From NCBI GenBank assembly GCA_965228875.1, contig OZ245843.1:4880616-4944615 (forward strand): DNA of 64,000 nt, written 5' to 3'. The notes beneath the pieces were generated by a model. That model made no database searches, was not told where the DNA came from, and saw only the letters and a program-made list of their open reading frames with translations. How positions within the stretch are numbered: the stretch's first letter is position 1; every line of letters starts with the position of its first letter. Of this stretch, positions 10,548 to 20,694 are shown one piece after another. This DNA is from Thalassobaculaceae bacterium (GTDB lineage Bacteria > Pseudomonadota > Alphaproteobacteria > Thalassobaculales > Thalassobaculaceae). Both the position numbers and the translations under genes were made by a program.

Positions 10548-11476
10548 GCGTCGGCGCCAGCGCCCGGGCGGCGATCGGGCGTTTCCTCGACAGCGACCTG
10601 TGGTTCAGCTTCACCCGCTCGCCGGTCGTAGTCGTGGCGGCGATCGTCACGGTGGTCTACTTCCTCGCCGCGATCTTCGCCCCGTTCGTCGCACCGCAGA
10701 ATCCGTTCGATCCGGCCAGCCTGTCGCTCGGCGACAGCTTCACCGCCCCGGCCTGGACCGAGGACGGGCTGCCGCAGTACCTGCTCGGCACTGACGATCA
10801 GGGCCGCGACATTCTCTCCACCCTGATCTACGGGGCGCGGATCTCGCTGCTTGTGGGCTTCGCCGCGGTGATCCTCTCCGCCTTCATCGGCATCAGTCTC
10901 GGCGTCACCGCCGGCTATGTCGGCGGCTCGTTCGAGAGCGTGGTGATGCGTGTCGCCGATGTGCAGCTGACCGTGCCGGGCATCCTCGTGGCGCTCATGA
11001 TCGACGGCGTGGCGCGCACCGCCATGCCGCGCGACCTGCACGACCAGATCGCGATCTACGTCGTCATCTTCGCCATCGGCGTCTCCGACTGGCCGCAATA
11101 CGCCCGCGTGACCCGTGGCGCGACCCTGGTGGAGAAGGGCAAGGAATACGTCCAGGCGGCGAAAGTGATCGGCATTCACCCGTTGCTGATCATGATCCGC
11201 CATATCCTGCCGAACGTGATGGGGCCGGTGCTGGTGCTCGCCACCATCGGCCTGGCCCTGGCGATCATCGCCGAGGCGACCCTGTCCTTCCTCGGCGTCG
11301 GCGTGCCGCCGACGACGCCCAGCCTCGGCACCCTGATCCGCATCGGAAACAACTTCCTGTTCTCCGGCGAGTGGTGGATCACCCTCTTCCCCTGCCTGGC
11401 CCTCGTCGGCCTGGTGCTGAGCGTGAACCTGCTCGGCGACTGGCTACGGGACGCGCTCAATCCGCGTCTGAGGTAG
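10544..11476 (+). CDS. ABC transporter permease (DppC-like), copy 2
   Basis: GTG start overlapping upstream TGA; LLGTDDQGRD, EATLSFLGVG. Confidence 0.92.
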   Translation: MSVGASARAAIGRFLDSDLWFSFTRSPVVVVAAIVTVVYFLAAIFAPFVAPQNPFDPASLSLGDSFTAPAWTEDGLPQYLLGTDDQGRDILSTLIYGARISLLVGFAAVILSAFIGISLGVTAGYVGGSFESVVMRVADVQLTVPGILVALMIDGVARTAMPRDLHDQIAIYVVIFAIGVSDWPQYARVTRGATLVEKGKEYVQAAKVIGIHPLLIMIRHILPNVMGPVLVLATIGLALAIIAEATLSFLGVGVPPTTPSLGTLIRIGNNFLFSGEWWITLFPCLALVGLVLSVNLLGDWLRDALNPRLR

Positions 11477-11483
11477 CCGCGCC

Positions 11484-12404
11484 ATGATCACCGTCTTCGG
11501 CTCGCTGAACGCCGACCTGTTCTTCACCGTCGAGCGTCTGCCGGAGCGGGGGGAGACGGTGCTGGCGCCGAGCGTGGTGCATCAGCCCGGCGGCAAGGGC
11601 GCGAACCAGGCGGCGGCGGCGGCACGGGCCGGGGCGGCGACCCGCTTCGTCGGCTGCATCGGCGAGGACGGACTCGGCGAGCGGGTGCTCGGCGCCCTGC
11701 GCGCGGCAGGCTGCGACGTCGCCTGCGTGCGGCAGGTACCCGGCGCCACGGGCATGGCGGCGGTCATGGTCGAGCAGTCCGGTGAGAATCAGATCGTCGT
11801 CGGCAGCGGTGCCAACCTGGCCGTGGCCGCCGACCAGCTCGATGCCGTTGCGTTCGGCGCCGGCGACACGCTGGTCTGCCAGATGGAGGTTTCGGTCGAG
11901 GCGACGGCGGCCGCCCTGGAGCGGGCGCGGACGCGGGGCGCGCGCACCGTGCTTAATCTCGCTCCGGCCCGTGCGCTGGCGGCCGAGACTCTGGCCACGG
12001 TGGACGTGCTGATCCTGAACGAAGGAGAGGCGGCGGTCCTGGCCGGCGACCAGGCGGCGCCGGTGGACGCCGCCCGGCGTCTGGCCGCGGCCCACGACCT
12101 CGCCTGTATCGTGACGCTGGGCGGCGATGGGGCGATCGCGGTCGCCCCCGGCGGCGAGGGTTGGCAGGTCGGAAGCCTGGCGATCGAGGCTGTCGACACC
12201 GTGGGAGCGGGCGATGCCTTCGTCGGCGGTCTGGCGGCGGCGCTGGATCGGGGTGCGACGCTGGAGGAGGCGCTCCATCGCGCCTCGGTCGGCGCGGGAC
12301 TGGCCTGCACGCGGCCGGGAGCGATGGCGGCCCTGCCGGACGCGGCGGCGATCGACGGGCGGCTCTCAGCCCTGGCCCGCCCGGTGCATCTCGGTAACGG
12401 ATAG
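11484..12404 (+). CDS. rbsK: Ribokinase / PfkB family carbohydrate kinase
   Basis: GSLNAD, PGGKGANQA, ILNEGE, DTVGAGDAFVGG signatures. Confidence 0.85.
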   Translation: MITVFGSLNADLFFTVERLPERGETVLAPSVVHQPGGKGANQAAAAARAGAATRFVGCIGEDGLGERVLGALRAAGCDVACVRQVPGATGMAAVMVEQSGENQIVVGSGANLAVAADQLDAVAFGAGDTLVCQMEVSVEATAAALERARTRGARTVLNLAPARALAAETLATVDVLILNEGEAAVLAGDQAAPVDAARRLAAAHDLACIVTLGGDGAIAVAPGGEGWQVGSLAIEAVDTVGAGDAFVGGLAAALDRGATLEEALHRASVGAGLACTRPGAMAALPDAAAIDGRLSALARPVHLGNG

Positions 12405-14330
12405 CGGGAACCCCTCGCCCCAGAACGCTTTCTGAAGCCACGCGGCGTTGACGCGGAAGGCGGTCACGGGCGTTCCGGTCGGCGTCCCCTCGAACAGCGC
12501 CTTCATGTCGGCCGGGGTTTGCAGGATCGGCGAGATCGGGAACCCGGCGCCGAACTGACCCGGCACCAGCCGGTGGGTCTGCTCCCCACCGTCGGCCCGC
12601 CGCAGGGTGATCGTGATCCGCGGCGGCTTGTAGACCAGCCCGACAAGGCGACCGAGAGCGGTCGGCCGGATCGCGCCCTGAACCTGCAGGATGGTCCCGG
12701 CCCCCGGCTCCGGCAACGCGACCCAGGTGTTGTAGGCGACCTGTTCGGCGGCGAGCACCTGGCGCGACTCCAGCACTGCGGGCGCGTCGCGGCGTTCCAG
12801 AACCAGGCCGAGCGGCACAAGATCGACCGTGTCGTACAGCGACAGGAGCTCCGGCCAGAGATGACCGCCGTCGGCGAGGGGCGGACGGTTGTCGATGCTG
12901 CCGGCATGCAGCAGGTGGACTTCGGCGCCGTCGGTCCGCATGTGGGTGACATCGCGGGCGGCCAGGGCCGGGGAGTAGGCCTGGTAGGACTGGATCACCG
13001 GCCTTGGATGATACGGCAGGCCGCCGAGGATCGGCGCGCCGATGAGATAGGACTGGACGTCGACGCTTTCGGCCTCGGCGATCCTGGGATGCGGCCCGCC
13101 CAACATCTCGCGGGCGCGCTGGGCCTGCGCGTTGTAATGGGCCGTCCGACCCTGCTCCGACAGCAGGTCGTCGACGATGTTGACGACGAGGCCGGGAGCC
13201 CTGCGCACGGAGCTGGCGATCTGGGTTCCGACGCCGGTCACTCCCGGCATGAGGCGCTGGTGCGCCTCGAACAGCCAGCCGAAGGCGAACACCAGCGCGA
13301 GCGCCTGGGTGGCGACGCGCAGGCGTTGTTCCGGAGCCGGCGGGACCGCGCGGACGACAACCAGAACGAGGGCAACCGTGGCCATCTCGAACGGGAAGAC
13401 GCCGTGGCCGTCATGGCGCACGAACCCGGCCTTGGCGACGAACATGAACAGCCCGAGCCACCCCAGGATCACCACCAGCCGGACGAGCCAGGACGTCTCC
13501 CGGCGGAACTCCAGCCAGAGGCCGACCAGCAGAACGGCGACGAGGGCGGCGTAGACCTGCAGGTCGCTCCAGTGGCTGGGCAGCGACATGGCGGCGCCGT
13601 AGCCGCTGCCAACCTGGAAGGAGACCCGCACCCAGTCGACGAAACCGGCAACCGGCTGCCCGGCCAGCGTCCACAGGGCGGCGACCAGGAGGGCGTAGAG
13701 CGGCAGGGCTATGGCGGCGTCGCGGTCGCGCCGGGCGGCGGCGGCGACGGTCCACGCGATCAGCGCCGTCACGCCCATGACCAGGAACGAGAACTTGGCC
13801 AGGGTGGCGAGCGCAATCGCCGCGACAAGCAGGACCAGCAGGGGCCGCGGCGTGGCCCTGTCGTCGAGGGCGAGACCGATCAGCAGGAAACTGGCCAGCA
13901 TCCAGATCGCGTCCTGGCCCGGCACGGTCGCGGCGGCGGCGAGCACCGCCAGCGCGCTGGCGAGCGCCTGGAGCCCGAGGTCGCCGCCGGCGCGCACCCG
14001 CACGGTCCAGACCACGGCGACCGCCAGGACCAGCGCATGCGGGAGGCGGATCAGGTACCAGAGCCCGGCCAGATCCGGGTGGTAGGTCTGGGCATAGAAG
14101 GCGCCGTAGGGGCCGTGCGGAAAGACGATGTCGCGGCCGAACCGGAGGTCGTTCAGCCAGGCGAACTGCATCGCCGCCTGCCAACCGCCGTCGAGGGAGT
14201 CGGGCGACGTGGCGTGGAACGAGCCGAACTTCTGGATCAGGGCGAAGCAGAAGGCGACTGCGACGGTCCAGAGAACGGCGTCCAGAACCCGGGCGGCACC
14301 GGGCGCGGCGGAAAGTGTGTCTTTTGTCAT
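12366..14330 (-). CDS. Large polytopic membrane protein with soluble C-terminal domain, possibly GT-C-fold glycosyltransferase-like
   Basis: 654 aa, about ten hydrophobic segments, first loop LDGGWQ...FGRDIVFPHGPYG. Confidence 0.7.
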   Translation of the reverse strand: MTKDTLSAAPGAARVLDAVLWTVAVAFCFALIQKFGSFHATSPDSLDGGWQAAMQFAWLNDLRFGRDIVFPHGPYGAFYAQTYHPDLAGLWYLIRLPHALVLAVAVVWTVRVRAGGDLGLQALASALAVLAAAATVPGQDAIWMLASFLLIGLALDDRATPRPLLVLLVAAIALATLAKFSFLVMGVTALIAWTVAAAARRDRDAAIALPLYALLVAALWTLAGQPVAGFVDWVRVSFQVGSGYGAAMSLPSHWSDLQVYAALVAVLLVGLWLEFRRETSWLVRLVVILGWLGLFMFVAKAGFVRHDGHGVFPFEMATVALVLVVVRAVPPAPEQRLRVATQALALVFAFGWLFEAHQRLMPGVTGVGTQIASSVRRAPGLVVNIVDDLLSEQGRTAHYNAQAQRAREMLGGPHPRIAEAESVDVQSYLIGAPILGGLPYHPRPVIQSYQAYSPALAARDVTHMRTDGAEVHLLHAGSIDNRPPLADGGHLWPELLSLYDTVDLVPLGLVLERRDAPAVLESRQVLAAEQVAYNTWVALPEPGAGTILQVQGAIRPTALGRLVGLVYKPPRITITLRRADGGEQTHRLVPGQFGAGFPISPILQTPADMKALFEGTPTGTPVTAFRVNAAWLQKAFWGEGFPLSVTEMHRAGQG

Positions 14331-14517
14331 AGTGACGCTCCGCAGGCCGGTGCAGGTTGCGAGCGGCGATTCGTTCGCCGGCTCAAGCTGTATAAACGTT
14401 AGCCGGTGCGGTCGACCAGGGTCTGGACGTTTCCCCTTCCCGCTGCCGGAGCCTGTTCACGGCGGTTCGGATCGGGTAAGCGGACCTCCAACGACGCGAT
14501 GATCAGGAGAGTGCTGG

Positions 14518-15747
14518 ATGGCCACCTTGTATTCCGGCGGACGCGTGGTCGACGGGGCGGGCGGAGTGCTGGACGGGCACGGCGTACTGGTCGAGGGGGC
14601 GGCGATCCTGCGCGTCGCTCCGCTCGGCGAGTTCGCCGGCTTCGAGGGCGACCGCGTCGACACCACCGGCGCCACGCTGCTGCCGGGGCTGATCGATTGC
14701 CATGTCCACCTCTGCTACGGCGCCGAAGGAAACCCGTGGGCGGCGATGGTCGCGCTCAGGGAAAGCCAGATCACCATGAAGGCCCTGGACAACGCACAGA
14801 CAACGCTGCGCGGCGGGGTGACGGCGATCCGCGACTGCGGCGGCAAGGACTATCTGGAGTTCGCCGTGCGCGACGCCTGCAACGAGGGTCGCCAGCTCGG
14901 CCCGACGATCCGCGCCTCCGGGCGGGTGATCTGCATGACGGGGGGGCACGGCAACCGCAACGGCCGCATCGCCGACGGCCCCCAGGAGGTGGTGAAGGCG
15001 GTGCGCGAGCAGATCCACGCCGGCTCCGACCTGATCAAGCTCATGGCCACAGGCGGCGTCATGACCCCGGGCGTGAACCCGGAGGACGCGCACTACACCT
15101 TCGAGGAGATTTCGGCCGGCATCGCCGAAGGCCACCGGTTCCACCGCACCTGCGCCAGCCACGCCCAGGGATCGGAAGGGATTCTGAATGCGGTGCGCGG
15201 CGGCATCGACTCGATCGAGCACGGCATCTTCATGACCGAGGAGTGCGTCGAGGAGATGACGGCGCGCGGGACGTATCTCGTGCCGACCCTGGCGGCGGTC
15301 AAGAACATCATCGCCCACAAGGATCAGGGCGTTCCGGCCTATGCCGTGGAGAAGTGCGAACGCGTGACCGTCGAGCACGTGAAGTCGATCCGCATGTTCT
15401 ACGAGGCCGGCGGCAAGATCGCCATGGGGACCGATGCCGGCACCCCCTACAACCGGCACGGCGAGAACGCGCTCGAGCTCGAGTACATGGTCGAGTACGC
15501 CGGGATCTCCCCCGCCGACGCCATCGTCATGTCGACCCGCAACGGCGCCGATCTCATGCGTCTGGCCGACCGCGGCACGATCGCCGACGGCAAGGCCGCC
15601 GACCTGCTGATCGTCGACGGCGACCCGACCGCGGACATCACCAGGGTCTCGCGTCGCCAGAACCATCGGATGGTGGTGAAGAATGGCATTCCGGTCTCCG
15701 GCGTTTCAGCTCCGCGACGGGTTCTGGGACCGACGATGACGCCGTGA
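14518..15747 (+). CDS. Metal-dependent amidohydrolase (prolidase-like subgroup)
   Basis: LLPGLIDCHVH, IKLMATGGV, SHAQG, SIEHG, MGTDAG motifs. Confidence 0.9.
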   Translation: MATLYSGGRVVDGAGGVLDGHGVLVEGAAILRVAPLGEFAGFEGDRVDTTGATLLPGLIDCHVHLCYGAEGNPWAAMVALRESQITMKALDNAQTTLRGGVTAIRDCGGKDYLEFAVRDACNEGRQLGPTIRASGRVICMTGGHGNRNGRIADGPQEVVKAVREQIHAGSDLIKLMATGGVMTPGVNPEDAHYTFEEISAGIAEGHRFHRTCASHAQGSEGILNAVRGGIDSIEHGIFMTEECVEEMTARGTYLVPTLAAVKNIIAHKDQGVPAYAVEKCERVTVEHVKSIRMFYEAGGKIAMGTDAGTPYNRHGENALELEYMVEYAGISPADAIVMSTRNGADLMRLADRGTIADGKAADLLIVDGDPTADITRVSRRQNHRMVVKNGIPVSGVSAPRRVLGPTMTP

Positions 15748-15857
15748 GAACACGGGCTCCGCTGTTCCCGATGGGAAATTCGTCGGTGCCGCTGACCGTT
15801 GATGACACCGGTCCGGGGCGGTTCTAATCTTTTCCGTCTTCAACCGGAGTCCGCCCC

Positions 15858-17036
15858 ATGCCCGTCAACAACCGTATCGCCGATTTCCACGCCGAGATGA
15901 CCGAGTGGCGCCGCTACCTGCACCAGCATCCGGAACTGTGCTTCGAGGAGGTGGAGACCTCGAACTTCGTCGCCAGCAAGCTCGAGGAGTTCGGTATCGA
16001 GGTGCATCGCGGGCTGGCGAGGACCGGCGTCGTCGGCAAGCTGGTGGGCCGGACCGATAACGGCCGGGCGATCGGTCTGCGCGCCGACATGGACGCGCTG
16101 CCGGTGACCGAGATCAACGACGTGCCCTACAAGTCGAAGACCGAGGGCAAGATGCACGCCTGCGGCCATGACGGCCACACCACGATGCTGCTGGGCGCGG
16201 CCAAGTACCTGTCCGAGAACCGCAATTTCGACGGTACCGTCTATTTCATCTTTCAGCCGGCGGAAGAGGGCGGCGGCGGCGGCGACGTGATGATCAAGGA
16301 AGGCCTGTTCGAGCGGTTTCCGGTCGAGAGCGTGTGGGGCATGCACAACTGGCCGGGGATGGAGGTCGGCGAGATCGCCGTGATGGCCGGGCCGATGATG
16401 GCCGGTACGGCGACCTTCGACGCGGTCATCCACGGCAAGGGCGGACACGCGGCCATGCCGAACGAGACCGTCGATCCGGTCGTGGTCGCCAGCGAGGTCG
16501 TCGGCGCTCTCCAGTCGATCGCCGCGCGCAACGTGCATCCTGTCGACAGCCTCGTCGTCTCCGTAACGCAGATCCACGGCGGCGACGCCTACAACGTGAT
16601 CCCGCCGCATGTGGTGCTGCGCGGCACGGTCCGGGCCTATTCCGACGCGGTCATGGCGAAGGCCGAGGAGCGGATGCGCGCCCTCGTCGAGGGCATCCCG
16701 GCGGCCTATGGCGGACGCGGCGAGCTCGATTTCCGCTACGGCTACCCGGCGACCGTGAACAGCGAGGCCGAGACCGGGGTCGCGGCCGGGGTTGCCGCCC
16801 GGCTGGTCGGCGACGAGAACGTGAAGACGGACCTGCTGCCGAGCATGGGCGGCGAGGATTTCGCCTACATGCTGAAGGAAAAGCCGGGGTCCTACATCTG
16901 GATCGGCAACGGTCAGGCGGGCGCCGGCCAGGGTCTGCACAACCCGGGCTACGACTTCAACGACGAGACCCTGACCTGGGGGGCCAGCTACTGGTCGCAG
17001 CTCGTCGAGAACGTGCTCGGCGACAAGGCGGCGTAG
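15858..17036 (+). CDS. M20D amidohydrolase (hippurate hydrolase/aminoacylase-like)
   Basis: HQHPEL, RADMDALP, MHACGHDGH, FQPAEEG, EDFAY, LHNP. Confidence 0.93.
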   Translation: MPVNNRIADFHAEMTEWRRYLHQHPELCFEEVETSNFVASKLEEFGIEVHRGLARTGVVGKLVGRTDNGRAIGLRADMDALPVTEINDVPYKSKTEGKMHACGHDGHTTMLLGAAKYLSENRNFDGTVYFIFQPAEEGGGGGDVMIKEGLFERFPVESVWGMHNWPGMEVGEIAVMAGPMMAGTATFDAVIHGKGGHAAMPNETVDPVVVASEVVGALQSIAARNVHPVDSLVVSVTQIHGGDAYNVIPPHVVLRGTVRAYSDAVMAKAEERMRALVEGIPAAYGGRGELDFRYGYPATVNSEAETGVAAGVAARLVGDENVKTDLLPSMGGEDFAYMLKEKPGSYIWIGNGQAGAGQGLHNPGYDFNDETLTWGASYWSQLVENVLGDKAA

Positions 17037-17056
17037 CTGGAGGGCGATTGAAGGTC

Positions 17057-17105
17057 GAGCAAATTCACACGATCAGATGTTTCCATCTGATCGTGATTTG
17101 CTCTA
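17057..17105 (-). repeat. Palindromic intergenic repeat (RIME/BRU-RS-like), half copy
   Basis: Reverse complement tagagcaaatcacgatcagatggaaacatctgatcgtgtgaatttgctc matches the first hairpin of the copies at 58572 and 61458. Confidence 0.85.
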
Positions 17106-17109
17106 CGGC

Positions 17110-17520
17110 CTACTGCCGGCAGGTGGCGGAGTAGGTGAAGCCGTCGCCGTTCGGGCGGGCGAAGATCTCGATCGCCTCGTTGACCGTGGTGTAGCAGCTG
17201 AACAACGGCATGGTGACGAAGTTGGTCACCACCAGTGCCACCGTGTAGTTGCCGAAGGTGGTCCCGCTCACGCACAGCCGCGTCGTCTTGTTGCGGGCCA
17301 GACGGAAGGTCGCCCGCTTGTGGTCCTTCAGCTCGATCCGGCCGGTGACGGTGAACGGCGCGCGGTTGCGCACCACCGCGCACAGGTCGCCGGAGTACTC
17401 CGGGCCCTTGGGCGCGACGCCGGCGCGGAAGTTGCGCGGCGCCGCGGTCGGCTCCTCCTCGCAGGCGGCGAGACCGAGGGAGAGGGCGAACAGGATCAGC
17501 AGGGCAAGGGCGCGAAGCAT
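17110..17520 (-). CDS. Small hypothetical lipoprotein (136 aa)
   Basis: MLRALALLILFALSLGLAAC lipobox signal, beta-rich mature part with 4 more Cys; C-terminal part of track ORF 17110..18525. Confidence 0.75.
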   Translation of the reverse strand: MLRALALLILFALSLGLAACEEEPTAAPRNFRAGVAPKGPEYSGDLCAVVRNRAPFTVTGRIELKDHKRATFRLARNKTTRLCVSGTTFGNYTVALVVTNFVTMPLFSCYTTVNEAIEIFARPNGDGFTYSATCRQ

Positions 17521-17579
17521 ATCCGCAGAGTGGGGAGAGGGTCGGCGTTCGTCAACGGACTGGGTGGCCGCTTGGCGCG

Positions 17580-18452
17580 CTACCGTCGCGCGGTTCTGGG
17601 ATCGAAGCGGTCGCGCAGGGCGTCGCCGAGCAGGTTGACGCTGACCACCGTGACGAAGATCAGCGCGCCGGGCCAGACCGCGAGGCGCGGCGCCTCCCAG
17701 ATCAGTTCCTGGGCGCCGGTCAGCATGTTGCCCCAACTCGGCGTCGGCGGGCGGACGCCGAGGCCGAGGAAGGACAGCACGCTCTCGAACAGGACCACGT
17801 TGCCGACCGCCAGGGTGGCGGCGACCAGGATCGGCCCCATGGCGTTGGGCAGCACGTGGCGCAGGGCGATGCGCCAGGGCGAGAAGCCCAGCGCCCTTGC
17901 CGCCTCGACGAACTCCCGCCGACGCAGGCTGAGCGTCGAGGCCCGGACCAGGCGCGCTGTCACCGGCCACCCGACCAGCGACACCAGGACCACCAGGCGG
18001 ACCATGGCGGCGCTCTGCGACTGGGCGACGTCCGGCGCCAGGCCGAGTTTGGACAGATCGACCGCCGCCAGCACGATCAGCAGCGGCAGCAGCGGCAGGG
18101 CGATCACCCCGTCGGCGATCCGCATCAGGATGGCGTCGAGCCTCCCGCCGACATATCCGGAGGCGAGGCCGATCAGCGTGCCCACGGCCGAGGCCGCCAG
18201 GGCGGCGGAGAGGCCGACGGCGAGCGAGACCCGTCCCCCCTCCAGCAGCCGCAGCAGCAGGTCGCGTCCCAATTCGTCGGTGCCGAGCGGGTGATCCGGC
18301 GACGGCGGGGCGAGGCGGTTGAAGAGATCCACGGCGTCGGCGTCCAGGCCCATGGCCGCCTCGATCAGCGGGGCGCCTGCCGCCGCCAGGGCGAGTGCCG
18401 CGAGCACCAGACCGGCCACCAGGGCGATCGGATCGCGAAGCGCCGCCCTCAC
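17580..18452 (-). CDS. Peptide ABC transporter permease (OppC-like)
   Basis: HPLGTDELGRD, EFVEAARALG, ESVLSFLGLG, PSWGNML. Confidence 0.92.
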   Translation of the reverse strand: MRAALRDPIALVAGLVLAALALAAAGAPLIEAAMGLDADAVDLFNRLAPPSPDHPLGTDELGRDLLLRLLEGGRVSLAVGLSAALAASAVGTLIGLASGYVGGRLDAILMRIADGVIALPLLPLLIVLAAVDLSKLGLAPDVAQSQSAAMVRLVVLVSLVGWPVTARLVRASTLSLRRREFVEAARALGFSPWRIALRHVLPNAMGPILVAATLAVGNVVLFESVLSFLGLGVRPPTPSWGNMLTGAQELIWEAPRLAVWPGALIFVTVVSVNLLGDALRDRFDPRTARR

Positions 18453-19420
18453 GACCCCGGCTCCGCCCTGTAGACGATGCGTGGGTCGAGCCGGGCATAG
18501 GCGAGATCGGCCGCCAGGTTGCCAACGAGGGTCGCCGTCGCCGCCGTCAGCAGGCCGACCAGGGCGAGGTTGTAGTCGTTGCCCATCACTGCGTCGTAGA
18601 TCGTCTTGCCCATGCCGAGTTGGGAGAACATCGTCTCGGTGATGAGGGCGCCGGAGACCAGGGAGCCGAGGTCTACGCCGATCAGCGTGACGACCGGCAG
18701 CAGCGCGTTGCGCAGCGCGTGGCGCGTCATGACCCGCCGCTCGGGCACGCCCTTGGCGCGGGCCGTGCGGATGAAGTCCTCGCCGAGCACCTCGATCAGG
18801 GCCGAGCGGAGGTGGCGGGTATAGGCGGCGATGGTCGCCGCGGAGAGGGTCAGAACCGGCAGCACGAGGTGACGTGCGCGGTCGAGCAGATCGCCGTCGC
18901 CGGTGGACGACCGCATCCCGCCCGCCGGCAGCCAGCCGAGCGTGACCGCGAACAGGATGATGAGAAGCAGCGCCAGCCAGAACGGCGGCACCGACACGCC
19001 GGCGAAGCAGGCCAGGTTGATCGCCCGGTCGGCCAGACTGCCGGGATGGCGCGCCGCCAGGATCGCGGCGGGCAGGGCGATGGCGAGCGCGAGCAGCAGC
19101 GACAGGCCGATCAGCAGGACGGTGGTCGGCAGCCGGTCCGCCACGATGTCCAGCACCGGCTGGGCGTAGAGCCTGGAATACCCGAAATCCCCCTGCAGCG
19201 CCGAGGAAAGCCAGGTCAGGTAGCGCTCCCAGATCGGGCGGTCGAGGCCGTACAGCGCCTTCAGGCGGGCGATGTCGGCGGGCGTGATGTCCGGGTCCGC
19301 GCCGGTCATCAGATCGACCGGGTCGCCGGGCATCAGGCCGAGCAGCCCGTAGGTCGCCGCCGACAGCAGGACCAGAACGGCGAGGGTCTGAAGCAGCCGT
19401 CCGGTCAGGTACCGGGTCAT
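18449..19420 (-). CDS. Peptide ABC transporter permease (OppB-like)
   Basis: PGDPV, GLDRP, DFIRTARAKG, HALRNALLP. Confidence 0.92.
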   Translation of the reverse strand: MTRYLTGRLLQTLAVLVLLSAATYGLLGLMPGDPVDLMTGADPDITPADIARLKALYGLDRPIWERYLTWLSSALQGDFGYSRLYAQPVLDIVADRLPTTVLLIGLSLLLALAIALPAAILAARHPGSLADRAINLACFAGVSVPPFWLALLLIILFAVTLGWLPAGGMRSSTGDGDLLDRARHLVLPVLTLSAATIAAYTRHLRSALIEVLGEDFIRTARAKGVPERRVMTRHALRNALLPVVTLIGVDLGSLVSGALITETMFSQLGMGKTIYDAVMGNDYNLALVGLLTAATATLVGNLAADLAYARLDPRIVYRAEPGS

Positions 19421-20667
19421 CGCGCCGCTTCGGTTCCCGCGTCGCCGAGCAGGGCGGCGAAGGCGGCGGCGCTCTCGGGTCCCGGCCGGTTGAACGCCAT
19501 GGCCTGCTGGCGGTCGCGCAGGTCGAGGCGGTGCGCGTACTCTTCGGGCATCAGCCGGTTGGCGCCCGGCACGCCGAGCGTCTTGGCGGCGTGGGCCGGC
19601 CAGTCGGCGTTCCAGATCAGCTCGCGGGCGATGGCGACGATGTCCGCCCGCTCTCGGACCAGGATGTCCTCGGCGTGGCGCGGGTCGGTGATCATGCCGA
19701 CGGCGACGACGGGCAGGCCGGTGGCGGCGCGGACCCGCTCGGCGAACGGAACGTGGTAGCCCGGCGTGCGCGGCAGGGCGGGCATGGCGGTGTCGCCCGA
19801 GATACCGCCGGAGGAGATGTCGAGCACGTCCACATCGCGCTCCTTCAGCGCCACGGACAGGGCCAGGCTGTCCTCGAGGCCCCAGGCCCCGCCCTTGCCG
19901 TCGACAACCGAGAACCGCACAAAGACCGGCTTGTCGGCGGGCCAGTCCCGGCGCACCCGCTCCGTCACCTCGAGCAGCAGGCGCATCCGGCCCTGCCGGT
20001 CGCCGCCATAGCCGTCGGTCCGCTTGTTGGTGATCGGCGAGAGGAACTGGTGCAGCAGATAGCCGTGGGCGCCGTGCACTTCGATGATGTCATAGCCGGC
20101 ATCGACCGCGCGTCGTGTCGCCTCGCCGAAGGCGTCGAGCAGGTCGCGGATATCGTCCGTGTCCATTTCCTTCGGTGCCATGAAACCGGGGACGTAGGGG
20201 ATCGGGCTCGGCGCGATGCCCTGCCAGGGGGGGCGTCCCTCGGCGGCATCGGCCTCGGTCAGCGGCGCCCAGTCCTTCACCGCGCCGTTGCAGGCGGCCT
20301 TGGCGCCGCAGTGTCCGATCTGGACGGCCGGTACGGTGCCCTGGGCGCGCATGAAGTCGGTGAGGCGGCGGTAGTGCGGGATCTGGGAATCGTCCCACAG
20401 GCCGGCGCACTCGTAGGTCTTGCGGCCGCGCGCTTCGACGGCGGTCTCCTCGCCGAACAGAATGCCGGGGCCGCCGACAGCCAGACGGCCCAGATGCATC
20501 ATGTGCCAGTCGGTCGGGCTGCCATCGACCGAGTGGTACTGGCACATGGGCGCGACCATGACACGGTTCCGCGCCGTCACCCCGCGCAGGGAGATCGGCG
20601 TGAACAGCTTGGGCGGGTCGATGGCCGGGCTCTCGGTGGAGCGGCCGGTCGGGGAGCGTTCGTTCAT
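19417..20667 (-). CDS. NADH:flavin oxidoreductase, Old Yellow Enzyme (YqjM/NamA-like)
   Basis: NRVMVAPMCQY, EVHGAHGYLLHQFLSP, NKRTDGYGG. Confidence 0.92.
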   Translation of the reverse strand: MNERSPTGRSTESPAIDPPKLFTPISLRGVTARNRVMVAPMCQYHSVDGSPTDWHMMHLGRLAVGGPGILFGEETAVEARGRKTYECAGLWDDSQIPHYRRLTDFMRAQGTVPAVQIGHCGAKAACNGAVKDWAPLTEADAAEGRPPWQGIAPSPIPYVPGFMAPKEMDTDDIRDLLDAFGEATRRAVDAGYDIIEVHGAHGYLLHQFLSPITNKRTDGYGGDRQGRMRLLLEVTERVRRDWPADKPVFVRFSVVDGKGGAWGLEDSLALSVALKERDVDVLDISSGGISGDTAMPALPRTPGYHVPFAERVRAATGLPVVAVGMITDPRHAEDILVRERADIVAIARELIWNADWPAHAAKTLGVPGANRLMPEEYAHRLDLRDRQQAMAFNRPGPESAAAFAALLGDAGTEAAR

Positions 20668-20694
20668 GCGGGATCCTCGGGTTGCCCGGTAACG

